Positions 14,192 to 23,979 of a DNA stretch of 64,000 bases are shown here, piece by piece (the stretch's first letter is position 1; the number at the start of each line of letters is the position of its first letter). The notes beneath the pieces were generated by a model. The model had not been told where the DNA came from, ran no database searches, and saw only the letters and a list, made by a program, of their open reading frames with translations. The translations under genes were made by a program, and so were the position numbers. The stretch is from Alphaproteobacteria bacterium (GTDB taxonomy: Bacteria; Pseudomonadota; Alphaproteobacteria; UBA8317). The DNA lies in NCBI GenBank assembly GCA_038131935.1, contig JAYPQH010000033.1, forward strand, positions 1-64,000. Direction: 5' to 3'.

Positions 14192-15004
14192 ATGAAGAGC
14201 ATACCCAATTGTCTTACCATAGCTGGTTCTGATCCCAGTGGTGGTGCTGGTATACAAGCTGACTTAAAAACATTTTCCGCCCATGGTTGTTATGGTATGT
14301 CCGTTATTACAGGCTTGACCGCCCAAAACACCTGTGGCGTGCAAGATATTTATTCGGTAACACCTGAATTTGTGGTGGCTCAGCTTCAATCAATTTTCGA
14401 CGATATTCAGGTTGATTCTATAAAAATAGGAATGTTGGGCACTAGCGAGATTGTCCGAGAGGTGGCTAATTTTTTAACCCCATTCAATCATATACCAATC
14501 ATTTTAGATCCCGTGATGAATGCCAAATCAGGTGATGATCTTCTACAACCAGATGCAGTTAAAAACCTTATTTCTGATTTAATTCCTCAGGCTCAACTGG
14601 TGACACCTAACTTGCCCGAGGTATCTCGTATCATTGGGACAAAGGTGACGTGTAAAGACAGCATGGTTAAGGCAGGTGAGGCGATGTTGTCTTTGGGTGC
14701 TAAGGCTGCTTTGATAAAAGGCGGACACTTGAACGAGACAAAAGATGATTTGTTGGTGACGAAGGAAGATTATCTGTGGATATCAGGGCATATGGTCAAG
14801 ACCAAAAACACCCATGGTACGGGATGCACATTGTCTTCTGCGATTGCCGCATATGTAGCAAAAGGGTTTACCATAAAGCAGAGTGTTTTGGAGGCTAAAT
14901 CCTATATTACCAGAGCCCTTGAAGGGGCAAACTCCCTTCAGGTTGGGAGAGGTATTGGTCCCACCCATCATTTTGTATCCTTGTGGGAAGACAAGAGGCC
15001 ATAA
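14192..15004 (+). CDS. thiD: Hydroxymethylpyrimidine/phosphomethylpyrimidine kinase
   Basis: LTIAGSDPSGGAGIQADLKTF, KIGML, TPNLPE, KGGH and THGTGCTLSSA. Confidence 0.95.
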   Translation: MKSIPNCLTIAGSDPSGGAGIQADLKTFSAHGCYGMSVITGLTAQNTCGVQDIYSVTPEFVVAQLQSIFDDIQVDSIKIGMLGTSEIVREVANFLTPFNHIPIILDPVMNAKSGDDLLQPDAVKNLISDLIPQAQLVTPNLPEVSRIIGTKVTCKDSMVKAGEAMLSLGAKAALIKGGHLNETKDDLLVTKEDYLWISGHMVKTKNTHGTGCTLSSAIAAYVAKGFTIKQSVLEAKSYITRALEGANSLQVGRGIGPTHHFVSLWEDKRP

Positions 15005-15034
15005 ACCTCTTGTCATAATCTTTATACAAACTTG

Positions 15035-16324
15035 TTATGAATTAAACGTACCAGATCCACGACCAAATTCAGGATAAGCTTCAAGGCCAAGTTCTGCTTG
15101 ATCCAGTCCAAGTTCTTCGACTTCAGCAGTAGGACGAAGACCTGTTACGGCTTTTAGTGCGAGCCATATGATGGTGCTTGCCACCAAAACAAATGCACCA
15201 ATTGCTACAATGCCAATAAATTGGGTGGCAAAATTTGCATCACCGTTAGAAAGTGGCACAACCATTGTACCCCAAATCCCACAGATAAGGTGTACAGGAA
15301 TAGCTCCAACAACATCATCAATTTTTAGCTTATCGAGCATAGGGATGGCGAAGACAACAATAATGCCACCAATAGCTCCAATGAAGATGGAGAGTGCTAG
15401 GCTTGGTGCAAGTGGCTCTGCAGTGATCGATACCAAACCTGCAAGCGCACCGTTAAGGACCATGGTTAAGTCAATTTTACCAAATCTTAGCTGGCTTGCA
15501 ATGAGTGCGGCGATCGCACCAGCTGCTGCACTTGTGTTGGTATTTGCGAAAATAATGGAAATGGCATTCACATCTTCAATTGTTCCCATCGCAAGTTGTG
15601 ATGCGCCATTAAAACCAAACCAACCAAGCCAAAGGATAAAGGTACCCAACGTTGCCAAAGGGAGGCTGGAACCTGGCATTGGCATAACACGGCCATCTTT
15701 ATATTTGCCCAATCTTGGTCCTAGAATAATGGCGCCAGCGAGTGCTGCAAAACCACCTGTTGCATGGACGATGGTTGATCCCGCAAAGTCAGAAAATCCC
15801 ATCTCGCTTAAATAGCCACCACCCCAGGTCCAGGAACCTTGGATGGGATAAATGATTCCTGTGAGAACTGCAGTGAAAATAAGAAATGGCCAAATTTTGA
15901 TGCGCTCAGCAAGGGTACCTGAAACAATAGATGCAGTGGTTGCGCAGAACACCATCTGGAAGAACCAATCTGACGCAGATGAATAATCACCGTCAGCTGT
16001 TGCAGGATCACCGGGGGTAAAAAACATCGCTGTTCCTATGTAACCACCATCAACCCCAGCATACATTAAGTTGTATCCTACCAGCAGATACATAATGCCT
16101 GCGATCGAGTAGAGTGCGACGTTTTTTGTACATTGCATGGCCACATTTTTTGAGCGTACGAGTCCTGCTTCGAGCATGGCAAAACCGGCTGCCATCCACA
16201 TGACGAGGAAACCACCTAATAAGAAAAGTAAAGAGTTGAAGATATAGGCGGTTGAGTCTGTTTCTGCGGCCAATGCTGGGCTAGCAAGCATGACCAAAGT
16301 AGGTATAAGAAATCTCTTGTTCAT
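15035..16324 (-). CDS. amtB: Ammonium transporter
   Basis: FFQMVF, DFAGSTIVH, LWLGWFGFNG and DDVVGAIPVH; downstream of the PII gene. Confidence 0.96.
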   Translation of the reverse strand: MNKRFLIPTLVMLASPALAAETDSTAYIFNSLLFLLGGFLVMWMAAGFAMLEAGLVRSKNVAMQCTKNVALYSIAGIMYLLVGYNLMYAGVDGGYIGTAMFFTPGDPATADGDYSSASDWFFQMVFCATTASIVSGTLAERIKIWPFLIFTAVLTGIIYPIQGSWTWGGGYLSEMGFSDFAGSTIVHATGGFAALAGAIILGPRLGKYKDGRVMPMPGSSLPLATLGTFILWLGWFGFNGASQLAMGTIEDVNAISIIFANTNTSAAAGAIAALIASQLRFGKIDLTMVLNGALAGLVSITAEPLAPSLALSIFIGAIGGIIVVFAIPMLDKLKIDDVVGAIPVHLICGIWGTMVVPLSNGDANFATQFIGIVAIGAFVLVASTIIWLALKAVTGLRPTAEVEELGLDQAELGLEAYPEFGRGSGTFNS

Positions 16325-16350
16325 AATATTCTCCAAATAGATTTGGTTGG

Positions 16351-16689
16351 TCACAGGGCTTCATCAGAGCTTTCGCCTGTTCGCACGCGAACAGCTTGCT
16401 CTAGGGGCACCACGAAAATTTTTCCGTCACCAATTTGCCCCGTGTGAGCGGTGTCCTTGATGACATTGACAACATCATCGGTTCGCTCATCAGAAACGGC
16501 GACTTCAAGCTTTATCTTCGGCAGAAAGGTGACGTCATATTCAGCACCGCGATAAATCTCGGTATGACCACGTTGGCGCCCATAACCGCGAACTTCTGTA
16601 ACAGTCATTCCTTCCACACCAATGCTGGTGAGGGCTTCTCTCAGCTCAGCCAGTTTAAAAGGCTTAACAATGCTAATAATAAGTTTCAT
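16351..16689 (-). CDS. glnK: PII nitrogen regulatory protein
   Basis: 112 aa with KPFKL, GYGRQRGHTEIYRGAEY and GQIGDGKIF; co-oriented with amtB. Confidence 0.96.
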   Translation of the reverse strand: MKLIISIVKPFKLAELREALTSIGVEGMTVTEVRGYGRQRGHTEIYRGAEYDVTFLPKIKLEVAVSDERTDDVVNVIKDTAHTGQIGDGKIFVVPLEQAVRVRTGESSDEAL

Positions 16690-16864
16690 GGCAAATCCTT
16701 ACATGAGTTTCGATACCTAAATATGGAAATTCATGTTATGAATATTATAAAAATGTTTATAAACAATAATTTTAATTAAATTTTTACCTAAAAATTATTG
16801 GAAATTATAGACATTCTGCCTAAATCTGCGTCATGCCCATGCGCTAGCGGAACGAAAGTGTACA

Positions 16865-17941
16865 ATGTTTCATCACTCTGATCAGATTATACATGAATGG
16901 CGTATGGGACGTGCTGTCAAATTATACAGCAGCAATGGTCAAACCTACGAATTGTTGGCCACAGAATTTGTTGATCCCACAAATTATCATGGATTAATCC
17001 AAAGCCCATGGTCACTTGTGATAACCCAACATCGTGCTGAAGCTCTTCATGCGTCAGTGCACCATGTTGGTTTAGGGTTATACCGACCACCACAGCGCCA
17101 CCATGATTTGCTTAAAATTATCGATCCAACTTCGTACATGCATGCAATGTTGTCTGAACCATTGGTATCGCAGCGTGACCTCAAAGAGCCAGAAGAGCTC
17201 AGGTCAACATTACAAATGCTTTTGAAGGAAGATATATTGCCTTCATTGCTAATCCGTACCACGGAAGAAAGGGAAGATTTTTTATGGAAAAATCTAGATG
17301 GATTGCAAAAGCAGCGACTATTACAGCGTAAATATTCTGCAAAGTTACCGCTTCACAATGCACATGAGAGTCGTATTCATATTCTTCAAGAATCCCCTGG
17401 CACGCGTCGTCATGTTTTGCTTGAAATTCACGCCCACCAGCAGCCCTCTTCTTTAACACCTTTGGTGAGGGTCCATTCAGAATGTCTCACAGGGGATGTT
17501 TTTGGATCCTTAAAATGTGACTGTGGCCCACAATTACGCGCTGCCATAGATGCAATCATTGATCATGGGTACGGCTATATTTTCTATATGCGTGATGAAG
17601 GTCGTAACATTGGCATCACCAACAAAATTCGTGCATACCGGCTTCAAGATGAGGGACATGACACCTACAAAGCAAACCGATTGGTGGGCGCGGATGAAGA
17701 TCTACGGGATTACAAGGGTGTTGGACACTTCATCCAAGAGCAGTTGGGGCTCAACCAAATCCAATTGTTGACGAGCAATGCAGAAAAGTCTGCCCAACTA
17801 TCCGTGCCTGGTTTACATGTGGAACAGGTGCATCATGCAGTAGGCTTGAATCCTTTTAATGAAAACTATTTAAAAGATAAGGATGCTCGTAATCTGCAAT
17901 ATGCCTTGGACCGGATACAAAATGATGACCAAAATCAATAA
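16865..17941 (+). CDS. ribA: GTP cyclohydrolase II with a divergent N-terminal extension
   Basis: VRVHSECLTGDVFGSLKCDCGPQL, EGR.IG..NKIRAY.LQD.G.DT and D.RDY. Confidence 0.85.
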   Translation: MFHHSDQIIHEWRMGRAVKLYSSNGQTYELLATEFVDPTNYHGLIQSPWSLVITQHRAEALHASVHHVGLGLYRPPQRHHDLLKIIDPTSYMHAMLSEPLVSQRDLKEPEELRSTLQMLLKEDILPSLLIRTTEEREDFLWKNLDGLQKQRLLQRKYSAKLPLHNAHESRIHILQESPGTRRHVLLEIHAHQQPSSLTPLVRVHSECLTGDVFGSLKCDCGPQLRAAIDAIIDHGYGYIFYMRDEGRNIGITNKIRAYRLQDEGHDTYKANRLVGADEDLRDYKGVGHFIQEQLGLNQIQLLTSNAEKSAQLSVPGLHVEQVHHAVGLNPFNENYLKDKDARNLQYALDRIQNDDQNQ

Positions 17942-19160
17942 AGATAATGATGTGATCATCATGGGTGGTGGTATGGTAGGTTTAACCCTTGCCATTGCCC
18001 TGTCACAATTGGGGCTGAGGGTAACAATTGTAGACAAAAAAACGATATCGATGCGTTTAGAACAGCAATATGATGGTCGTGCTTCTGCCATAGCGTTTGC
18101 AACAGCCCGCATGCTTGATGCTTTGGGTGTATGGAAGGATTGTGACCCCTACGCCGTACCAATTGAAGACATTTTGATCACCGATGGACATTCTCGGGGA
18201 AAAACGTCAAATCATTATTTGCATTTTGATCATCAAGACATTGGTAATACGCCTCTAGGCTACATGTTAGAGAATAGACATTTGCGTCATGTTTTGATCG
18301 AGCATGCAACCCAACAAAATGTTCAATTTATGGTTAATTCGGCACAAGACTTAGAGCCTCAGCAGGGCATGGTTACGATGCAGGACGGTCAAGTTTTCCA
18401 AGCACCTATTATCATCGCGGCTGATGGTAGAGGATCTTGGGTAAGAAGAAAGTCAGGTATCAAAATTGATAGCTACTCCTACGCCCAACATGCATTGGTG
18501 TTTACGGTTCATTTGGCCAATGGTCATGATAAGGTTGCCCATGAACATTTTCTTGAAGAAGGGCCTTTGGCTGTTCTACCCCTGCCAAATAACCTCGCGA
18601 ATATTGTTTGGACATGTAAAGCGCAGCGAGCTCAGGATTTGGAAGAGCTAGGTCCAGATGTTATACAAGAAGAACTTATGGATATCCTTGGCTCAACATT
18701 TGGTGATGTAACACTGAAGTCAGCAGTTTGGAGATATCCCCTGTCGGTGCATTTGGCCCGAAAATTTGGAGCAGGAAAAGTTGTTTTGGTAGGTGATGCT
18801 GCCCATGGTATTCATCCTATCGCTGGACAAGGGTTAAACCTAGGTCTGCGGGACGTTGCGACTATTGCACAGCTTGTCCAAGAACAACGACAAACAGGCA
18901 TGCTTCTTAGTGGTCAAATTCTATGCCCGAAATATGAACGTTGGCGTAGACAAGACTGTATGATCCTGGCCACTGTGACTCATGGCATAAATGCATTATT
19001 TTCAAATGATATAGCTCCGGTTCGTCGGGCTCGTGATGTAGGCCTCATGGCCGTAGGAAAATTACCACCACTTAAAAATTTCTTTATGAGGCATGCTGGT
19101 GGCGATGTTGGTGATCTACCTCCTCTCATGCGGGGAGAAAAGCTTCGCACCATGAGTTAG
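17922..19160 (+). CDS. UbiH/UbiL-family FAD-dependent ubiquinone biosynthesis hydroxylase
   Basis: GGGMVG FAD motif, DGRASA, AADG and LVGDAAHGIHPIAGQGLNLG. Confidence 0.9.
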   Translation: MMTKINKDNDVIIMGGGMVGLTLAIALSQLGLRVTIVDKKTISMRLEQQYDGRASAIAFATARMLDALGVWKDCDPYAVPIEDILITDGHSRGKTSNHYLHFDHQDIGNTPLGYMLENRHLRHVLIEHATQQNVQFMVNSAQDLEPQQGMVTMQDGQVFQAPIIIAADGRGSWVRRKSGIKIDSYSYAQHALVFTVHLANGHDKVAHEHFLEEGPLAVLPLPNNLANIVWTCKAQRAQDLEELGPDVIQEELMDILGSTFGDVTLKSAVWRYPLSVHLARKFGAGKVVLVGDAAHGIHPIAGQGLNLGLRDVATIAQLVQEQRQTGMLLSGQILCPKYERWRRQDCMILATVTHGINALFSNDIAPVRRARDVGLMAVGKLPPLKNFFMRHAGGDVGDLPPLMRGEKLRTMS

Positions 19161-19959
19161 GGTCCAAGGATTTTTTTTCTTATCCAATCTGTAAACGCTT
19201 CCATGGCGATAACGATAACAAAAATTGCCAAGATGATGGCTGAGGCTTGCTTATATTGGAAAAGGTCGAATGCGGTTTTAAGTTCCTGACCTATACCACC
19301 CGCGCCAACCAATCCTAATACAACAGATGACCTAATAGCACGCTCCAAGGCATACAATGATGTGTTAATCATTGAAGGAAGTGCATCGGGGATAACTGCG
19401 GCACTAAGCATATTCCAATGATTCCCACCAATGGTTTGAATAGCGTCTCGTGCATCCCGATCCGTATCCTCCATGGCTTCAGCAAAAAAGCGACCACAAA
19501 ACCCTAACGTGTCCACCACAATGGTCATCGTACCCGCTACTGCACCCAAACCAACGGTGGACACGAAAATCAATGCCCAAACCAGATCAGGAATGGTACG
19601 GCATAAAGAGACAAAACCTTTTACCAACCAGCGCAAGGATCCTATGGGAGATAAGCCTTGAGATGATAGCCAGCCAATGGGAAAACTTATGAGAATGCCC
19701 AATGTTGTGCCAGCTAGCGCTATCTGCATGGTTTCAACAAGCGTCCAAACCATTCTCATCAAAAACTCAGGATCACTGCTAGGAGGTAACATTCTTCCCA
19801 ATAAATTTACACGCGTGGCCCACCTTCCATCAGCCTTTGAGGTGATGGTGCTACGTCTCCAATTGACGCCAAGATGAGCGCTACAGCCGTAATAAGTAAG
19901 GTAAAACTTAAAGCGCTCATTTGGGGTGTGCGATGGGGTAATTTCGTTTGTTTGGTCAT
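19157..19959 (-). CDS. phnE: Phosphonate/phosphate-type ABC permease PhnE (1-nt deletion near 19810)
   Basis: ETMQIA..GT, RTIPDLVWALIF, RFFAEA.E and R.S.VLGLVGAGGIG. The likely true N-terminus MTKQTKLP...DVAPSPQRL lies in another frame, and its ATG overlaps the phnC stop. Confidence 0.88.
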
Positions 19960-20708
19960 ATATACAATGTCCTTGAAATTGCATCATCAAAATCTGTGGC
20001 ACTGCCAAACCAATGAATTTTATGATTTTTCAATGCAACGATTTCGTCAGCGTAGGTCCTTGCATGATTGATATTATGAGTTGTGAATAATAATGTTGTG
20101 CCTCTTTTTTGTACCAGTTGAGAAAACAGTGACATGATCTCTTCACCCGCGGTGGGGTCGAGACTGGCTGCAGGTTCGTCAGCTATAAGCAACTGCGGAG
20201 AACGTACCATTGCACGTGCAATGGCTACACGTTGAGCCTGTCCCCCGGATAATTGATTAACTTTGGAGAGGATATGGTTCGACAGACCCAATTCCACCAG
20301 CATTTGCCAAGCTGCAACGCGCCATGCTTCAGGAGCCAAGGAATGTGAAACAGCACGCCAAGATCCTGGTGCGCCCATGAAACCATGAACAACGTTGCTT
20401 AATGCGCTCGTACGAGGAACCAATGAATGGTTCTGAAATACAAAACCAATTTTTTGTCTGAGTTCTTTGATAGCATGTTTTGAAGACGGCTCAGTAATAT
20501 TCGTACCTAGGGTAACAACAGTACCAGAATTTGGGCGTGTCAGACCAACTATGGTTTTTAGTAATGTGGATTTGCCAGCGCCATTGGGTCCTAACAACGC
20601 GACACGCCTACCATTGGTTAGTGATAGGTTTATATCGTTCAAAACGGTGCTGGTTCCAAAAACCTTTGAGACCCGAGATAAATACACTGCATTAGCAGTA
20701 TTATCCAT
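19956..20708 (-). CDS. phnC: Phosphonate-type ABC ATPase PhnC
   Basis: GPNGAGKST, LSGGQAQRVAIARA and ADEPAASLDP; GGAGG RBS before ATG 20708. Confidence 0.9.
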   Translation of the reverse strand: MDNTANAVYLSRVSKVFGTSTVLNDINLSLTNGRRVALLGPNGAGKSTLLKTIVGLTRPNSGTVVTLGTNITEPSSKHAIKELRQKIGFVFQNHSLVPRTSALSNVVHGFMGAPGSWRAVSHSLAPEAWRVAAWQMLVELGLSNHILSKVNQLSGGQAQRVAIARAMVRSPQLLIADEPAASLDPTAGEEIMSLFSQLVQKRGTTLLFTTHNINHARTYADEIVALKNHKIHWFGSATDFDDAISRTLYI

Positions 20709-20731
20709 GGGTCCTCCGTGCGGACCCATGG
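20705..20731 (-). promoter_or_regulatory. Intercistronic stem-loop covering the phnC RBS and start codon
   Basis: Perfect 10-bp inverted repeat CCATGGGTCC-N7-GGACCCATGG between the phnD stop and the phnC start. Confidence 0.65.
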
Positions 20732-20754
20732 TATTGGTTTCAAAATTTTGCACG

Positions 20755-21621
20755 TTAACCAACAAAATCTTTTAATGTATCGATACCAATTGTTTTGTAC
20801 ATTTTGCGTACATAGTCGTAATCACTGTCTAAAACATTCTTGAGAAAAAACCCGCCACGATATTTTTGATTATCGTCGCCTTTCAGAATGGCTTTCATAA
20901 TGTCAGCTCCTTGTTCAACGAAGGCCCGACGCACCTTAGCAACGATATCAGAACTCAAGTCTTGACGTGCAACAAGAATGTCATTTGGTAGGTCACGTCC
21001 TCGTGCGATAACGCTGAAAGACTGTTCAGGAAACGCCTTGCGTATTTTTTGCAAATGGCCAAAATTCATTCCAACAGCCGCAACATCACCACGGATCATA
21101 GCTTCAACAGCTACGTTACGTTTGATAATTTTGGCGTTATAGTCTCTGTTCATGTTTAACCCAAGGTCAGCGAGGGCTTGCGCAGGGCCAAGATGTTGTG
21201 AAGTTGAACCCACAGATCCAAATGTCACAATCTTACCACGAAGATCCTCAACTTGTTTAATGGGACCATCTGACAAGGCTACAATTTGCGCGAAATAGTC
21301 TGGTCTTTGCCAAGCAACAACAATTTTAGGGTTCGCGAGTTCTTTCATCACAACATACTCAGCCGGTCCTGTGAGAACAAATTCGACCTGTTTTGCATTC
21401 AAGGCTTCTACAGCTGCAGTTCTTGAGCTTACTGGAAACAATTCCACATCTAACCCTGTAGCCTCTTCAAGGGCTTCGGCAAAAGGCGCGAACTCTTGCT
21501 GTAATTGTTCCATGCCTTCTATGTCGGTTACGGCAAACCGAACTTTGTCGTCAGCTTGCGCCATGGTCGCAAATCCAAAAATGGCTGAAATAAGAAGAAA
21601 TTTCGAAAATACGTTGTGCAT
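20755..21621 (-). CDS. phnD: Phosphate/phosphite/phosphonate ABC substrate-binding protein (PhnD family)
   Basis: Signal peptide, GPAEYV, GSTS ligand loop and DSDYD..R C-terminus; first gene of the D-C-E operon. Confidence 0.85.
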   Translation of the reverse strand: MHNVFSKFLLISAIFGFATMAQADDKVRFAVTDIEGMEQLQQEFAPFAEALEEATGLDVELFPVSSRTAAVEALNAKQVEFVLTGPAEYVVMKELANPKIVVAWQRPDYFAQIVALSDGPIKQVEDLRGKIVTFGSVGSTSQHLGPAQALADLGLNMNRDYNAKIIKRNVAVEAMIRGDVAAVGMNFGHLQKIRKAFPEQSFSVIARGRDLPNDILVARQDLSSDIVAKVRRAFVEQGADIMKAILKGDDNQKYRGGFFLKNVLDSDYDYVRKMYKTIGIDTLKDFVG

Positions 21622-21667
21622 AATTATCTCCATAAGTTACACTAACTATCGAAGATACTTCAATTAT

Positions 21668-21685
21668 TTTTCAGTTTTATGACAT
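21668..21685 (-). promoter_or_regulatory. Putative Pho box (PhoB site) upstream of phnD
   Basis: Minus strand ATGTCAT-AAAA-CTGAAAA versus consensus CTGTCAT-A(A/T)A(T/A)-CTGT(C/A)A(C/T); one strong and one weak half-site, in the short divergent phnD/phnM gap. Confidence 0.5.
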
Positions 21686-21698
21686 AGGAATATTTTTT

Positions 21699-22852
21699 AT
21701 GGGTGATGTTTTATGTTTGAGAGGAGGAAAGGTTCTGCGCTCCAATTCTCTCCAAGAGCAAGATTTATTTATTGATCGAGATATTATTTCTGACAGCTCG
21801 AAAAAATACACACGCGCAGTTGATGTAACATCTTGTCATGTTTTGCCTGGCATTATTGATGTCCATGGTGATGGATTTGAACATGTATTGATGCCGAGAG
21901 CTGGTGTTCATATGGATAAAAACCATGGTTTGATAGAAGTTGATAAGCAACTTATATCCAACGGTATCACCACTGCATATCATGGTGTGACAGTTTCATA
22001 TGAACCAGGTCAACGTAGCTTGGCAGAAGCATTAGATTTTGTATCAGCCCTAGATCTGATGCGTGATCGTTTGGCTGCCCGTCATCTATTACATCTCAGG
22101 GCTGAAACCTTTGCTTTTGAGCATTTTGAAGCCATTTTTGAACGACTAAAAACGCAACCCTCTCCATTGCTAGCTTTTAATGATCATCTCACCAATTTAA
22201 TGGAGGGAGGTCATATGATGAAAAAGCTCGGAAAGATGACGGCACGTAGCGGGTTAGATGAGGTTAGCTATAAAAAGTTAATCAATGGTTTGTGGGCAAA
22301 AAGGGATCTTGTGGATAAGTATGTTGCCGAGCTTGCAAATCTTAGTCGATCGCTAGGTATTAAGATGTTTGCTCATGATGAAATAACAATTCAGCAGCGA
22401 CAACAACATCGTGATTTGGGTATCTTTGTATCAGAATTTCCCATGACAGAAGACGTGGCGCAAAATGCTATTGATCACTGCGAACATACGGTTATGGGCG
22501 CGCCCAACCTATTGCGTGGTAAGAGCCATAATGGGGCTATTTCTGCACGTGACATGGTACGTCAAAAACGTTGCACCATTATTGCATCAGACTATTATTA
22601 TCCAGCGCCATTACGCAGTATATATTTGATGGACCAATTGGGCATCATGCCTTTAGAACAAGGATGGAGTCTTGTGTCTCAAAATCCTGCGGAAGCGTCT
22701 GGATTGGCTGATTTAGGGCAGCTTGAACCAGGTTTTTGGTTGATATATTGGTGGTGGAACCAAGAGATGAAGGTCCACAGTTGCGTTATGTATTCCGAAA
22801 TGGTCAATTGGTATACCAAGCTCCATCTCATAACTTTTTTGGTTTAGCATGA
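21699..22852 (+). CDS. phnM: PhnM-like amidohydrolase (alpha-D-ribose 1-methylphosphonate 5-triphosphate diphosphatase family; indel in T-run 22733-22737)
   Basis: LPGIIDVHGD.FE...PR, GITTAYH, HLRAE, FNDH, AHD, SEFP, MGAPNLLRG.SH and ASDYY. The corrected C-terminus ends at an ATGA overlap with the next gene. Confidence 0.88.
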
Positions 22853-23979
22853 CACAGAGTCCCTATTTCACCCCTCTCATGAACTCTTTGCCATCCACGG
22901 TTCCATTTGTTGGGCCCGAGGCTTTAGAGCGTCTGTATGGTCAACCTTTTCAGGCACGAATTGGTGCTAATGAGAGTGTTTTTGGACCCTCTCCTCGCGC
23001 AATTGAGGCGATGCAGAAAGAGGCCACTGAGGTATTCAATTATGCAGACCCAGAAAATTACGAACTGCAAACCAAGCTCGCTTTGTTTCATGGGATTGCT
23101 TTCGATCAGGTGATGGTTGGAGAGGGTATAGACGGTTTATTTGGTATTTTGGCCCGCCTTACTTGTTCCCCTGATACAAAAGTCGTGACGTCGCTAGGAG
23201 CCTACCCAACATTTATTTTTCAAGTGGCCAATACTGGTGCTTCTGTCATACGTGTTCCCTATAAACAGGATCATGAGGATCTGCAGGGACTTCTTGATGC
23301 TGTAAAGCAAAACAATGCACGATTATGTTATCTGGCAAATCCCGACAACCCAATGGGAACATGGCATAAATCTAGTGCGATATTGGATATGCTTCAAAAC
23401 CTTCCGGAAACATGTCTTCTCATTTTGGATGAGGCATACTGTGAATTTGCACCTGAAGAGGCAAAAATTGCTGAAGATTTTTGTCATCCACAATTGTTGC
23501 GCTTTCGTACCTTTTCAAAAGCCCATGGAATGGCGGGTCTTCGTGTAGGTTATGTATTTGGATATGAAAACCTGACCATGGCTTTCAACAAGGTAAGAAA
23601 TCATTTCGGTTTAAACCGCATGGCACAGATAGCAGCAATGGCATCACTTTCTGATCATGAACATCAAAGATATGTGCGCAACAATGTTGAACATTCAAAA
23701 CAAGTTATTGCCCAAATTGCGTTAGAACAAAATTGCCAGGCTTTGCCTTCGGCAACAAATTTTGTGGCGATTGATTTGGGAGAGGATGGCGCTTTGTCTC
23801 GGGCAATGGTCGAAGCGTTGGGTCGTAGAGGTATCTTTGTTCGTATGCCTGGGGTAGCTCCATTGGATCGTTGTATAAGGGTTACTGCCGGTCGACAGGG
23901 TGACATGGACATATTGCGTGAGCATTTTGGCCCAGCATTGGCTGAAGCAAAAATGAGTACAAAAGGTCAGACAACATGA
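22849..23979 (+). CDS. PLP-dependent aminotransferase class I/II (HisC-like)
   Basis: ANPDNPMG, LDEAY and RTFSKAHGMAGLRVGY. Confidence 0.88.
   Translation: MTQSPYFTPLMNSLPSTVPFVGPEALERLYGQPFQARIGANESVFGPSPRAIEAMQKEATEVFNYADPENYELQTKLALFHGIAFDQVMVGEGIDGLFGILARLTCSPDTKVVTSLGAYPTFIFQVANTGASVIRVPYKQDHEDLQGLLDAVKQNNARLCYLANPDNPMGTWHKSSAILDMLQNLPETCLLILDEAYCEFAPEEAKIAEDFCHPQLLRFRTFSKAHGMAGLRVGYVFGYENLTMAFNKVRNHFGLNRMAQIAAMASLSDHEHQRYVRNNVEHSKQVIAQIALEQNCQALPSATNFVAIDLGEDGALSRAMVEALGRRGIFVRMPGVAPLDRCIRVTAGRQGDMDILREHFGPALAEAKMSTKGQTT

Noticed and set aside
15168-15815. 215-aa ORF antisense to amtB, and the many similar shadow ORFs opposite dnaA, gabD, leuS, phaZ and others
   Set aside because: They mirror well-supported genes on the other strand and show no motifs or RBS.
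22310-22318. Perfect DnaA box TGTGGATAA inside phnM
   Set aside because: A single isolated 9-mer in coding sequence, with no cluster or AT-rich unwinding element; compatible with chance.
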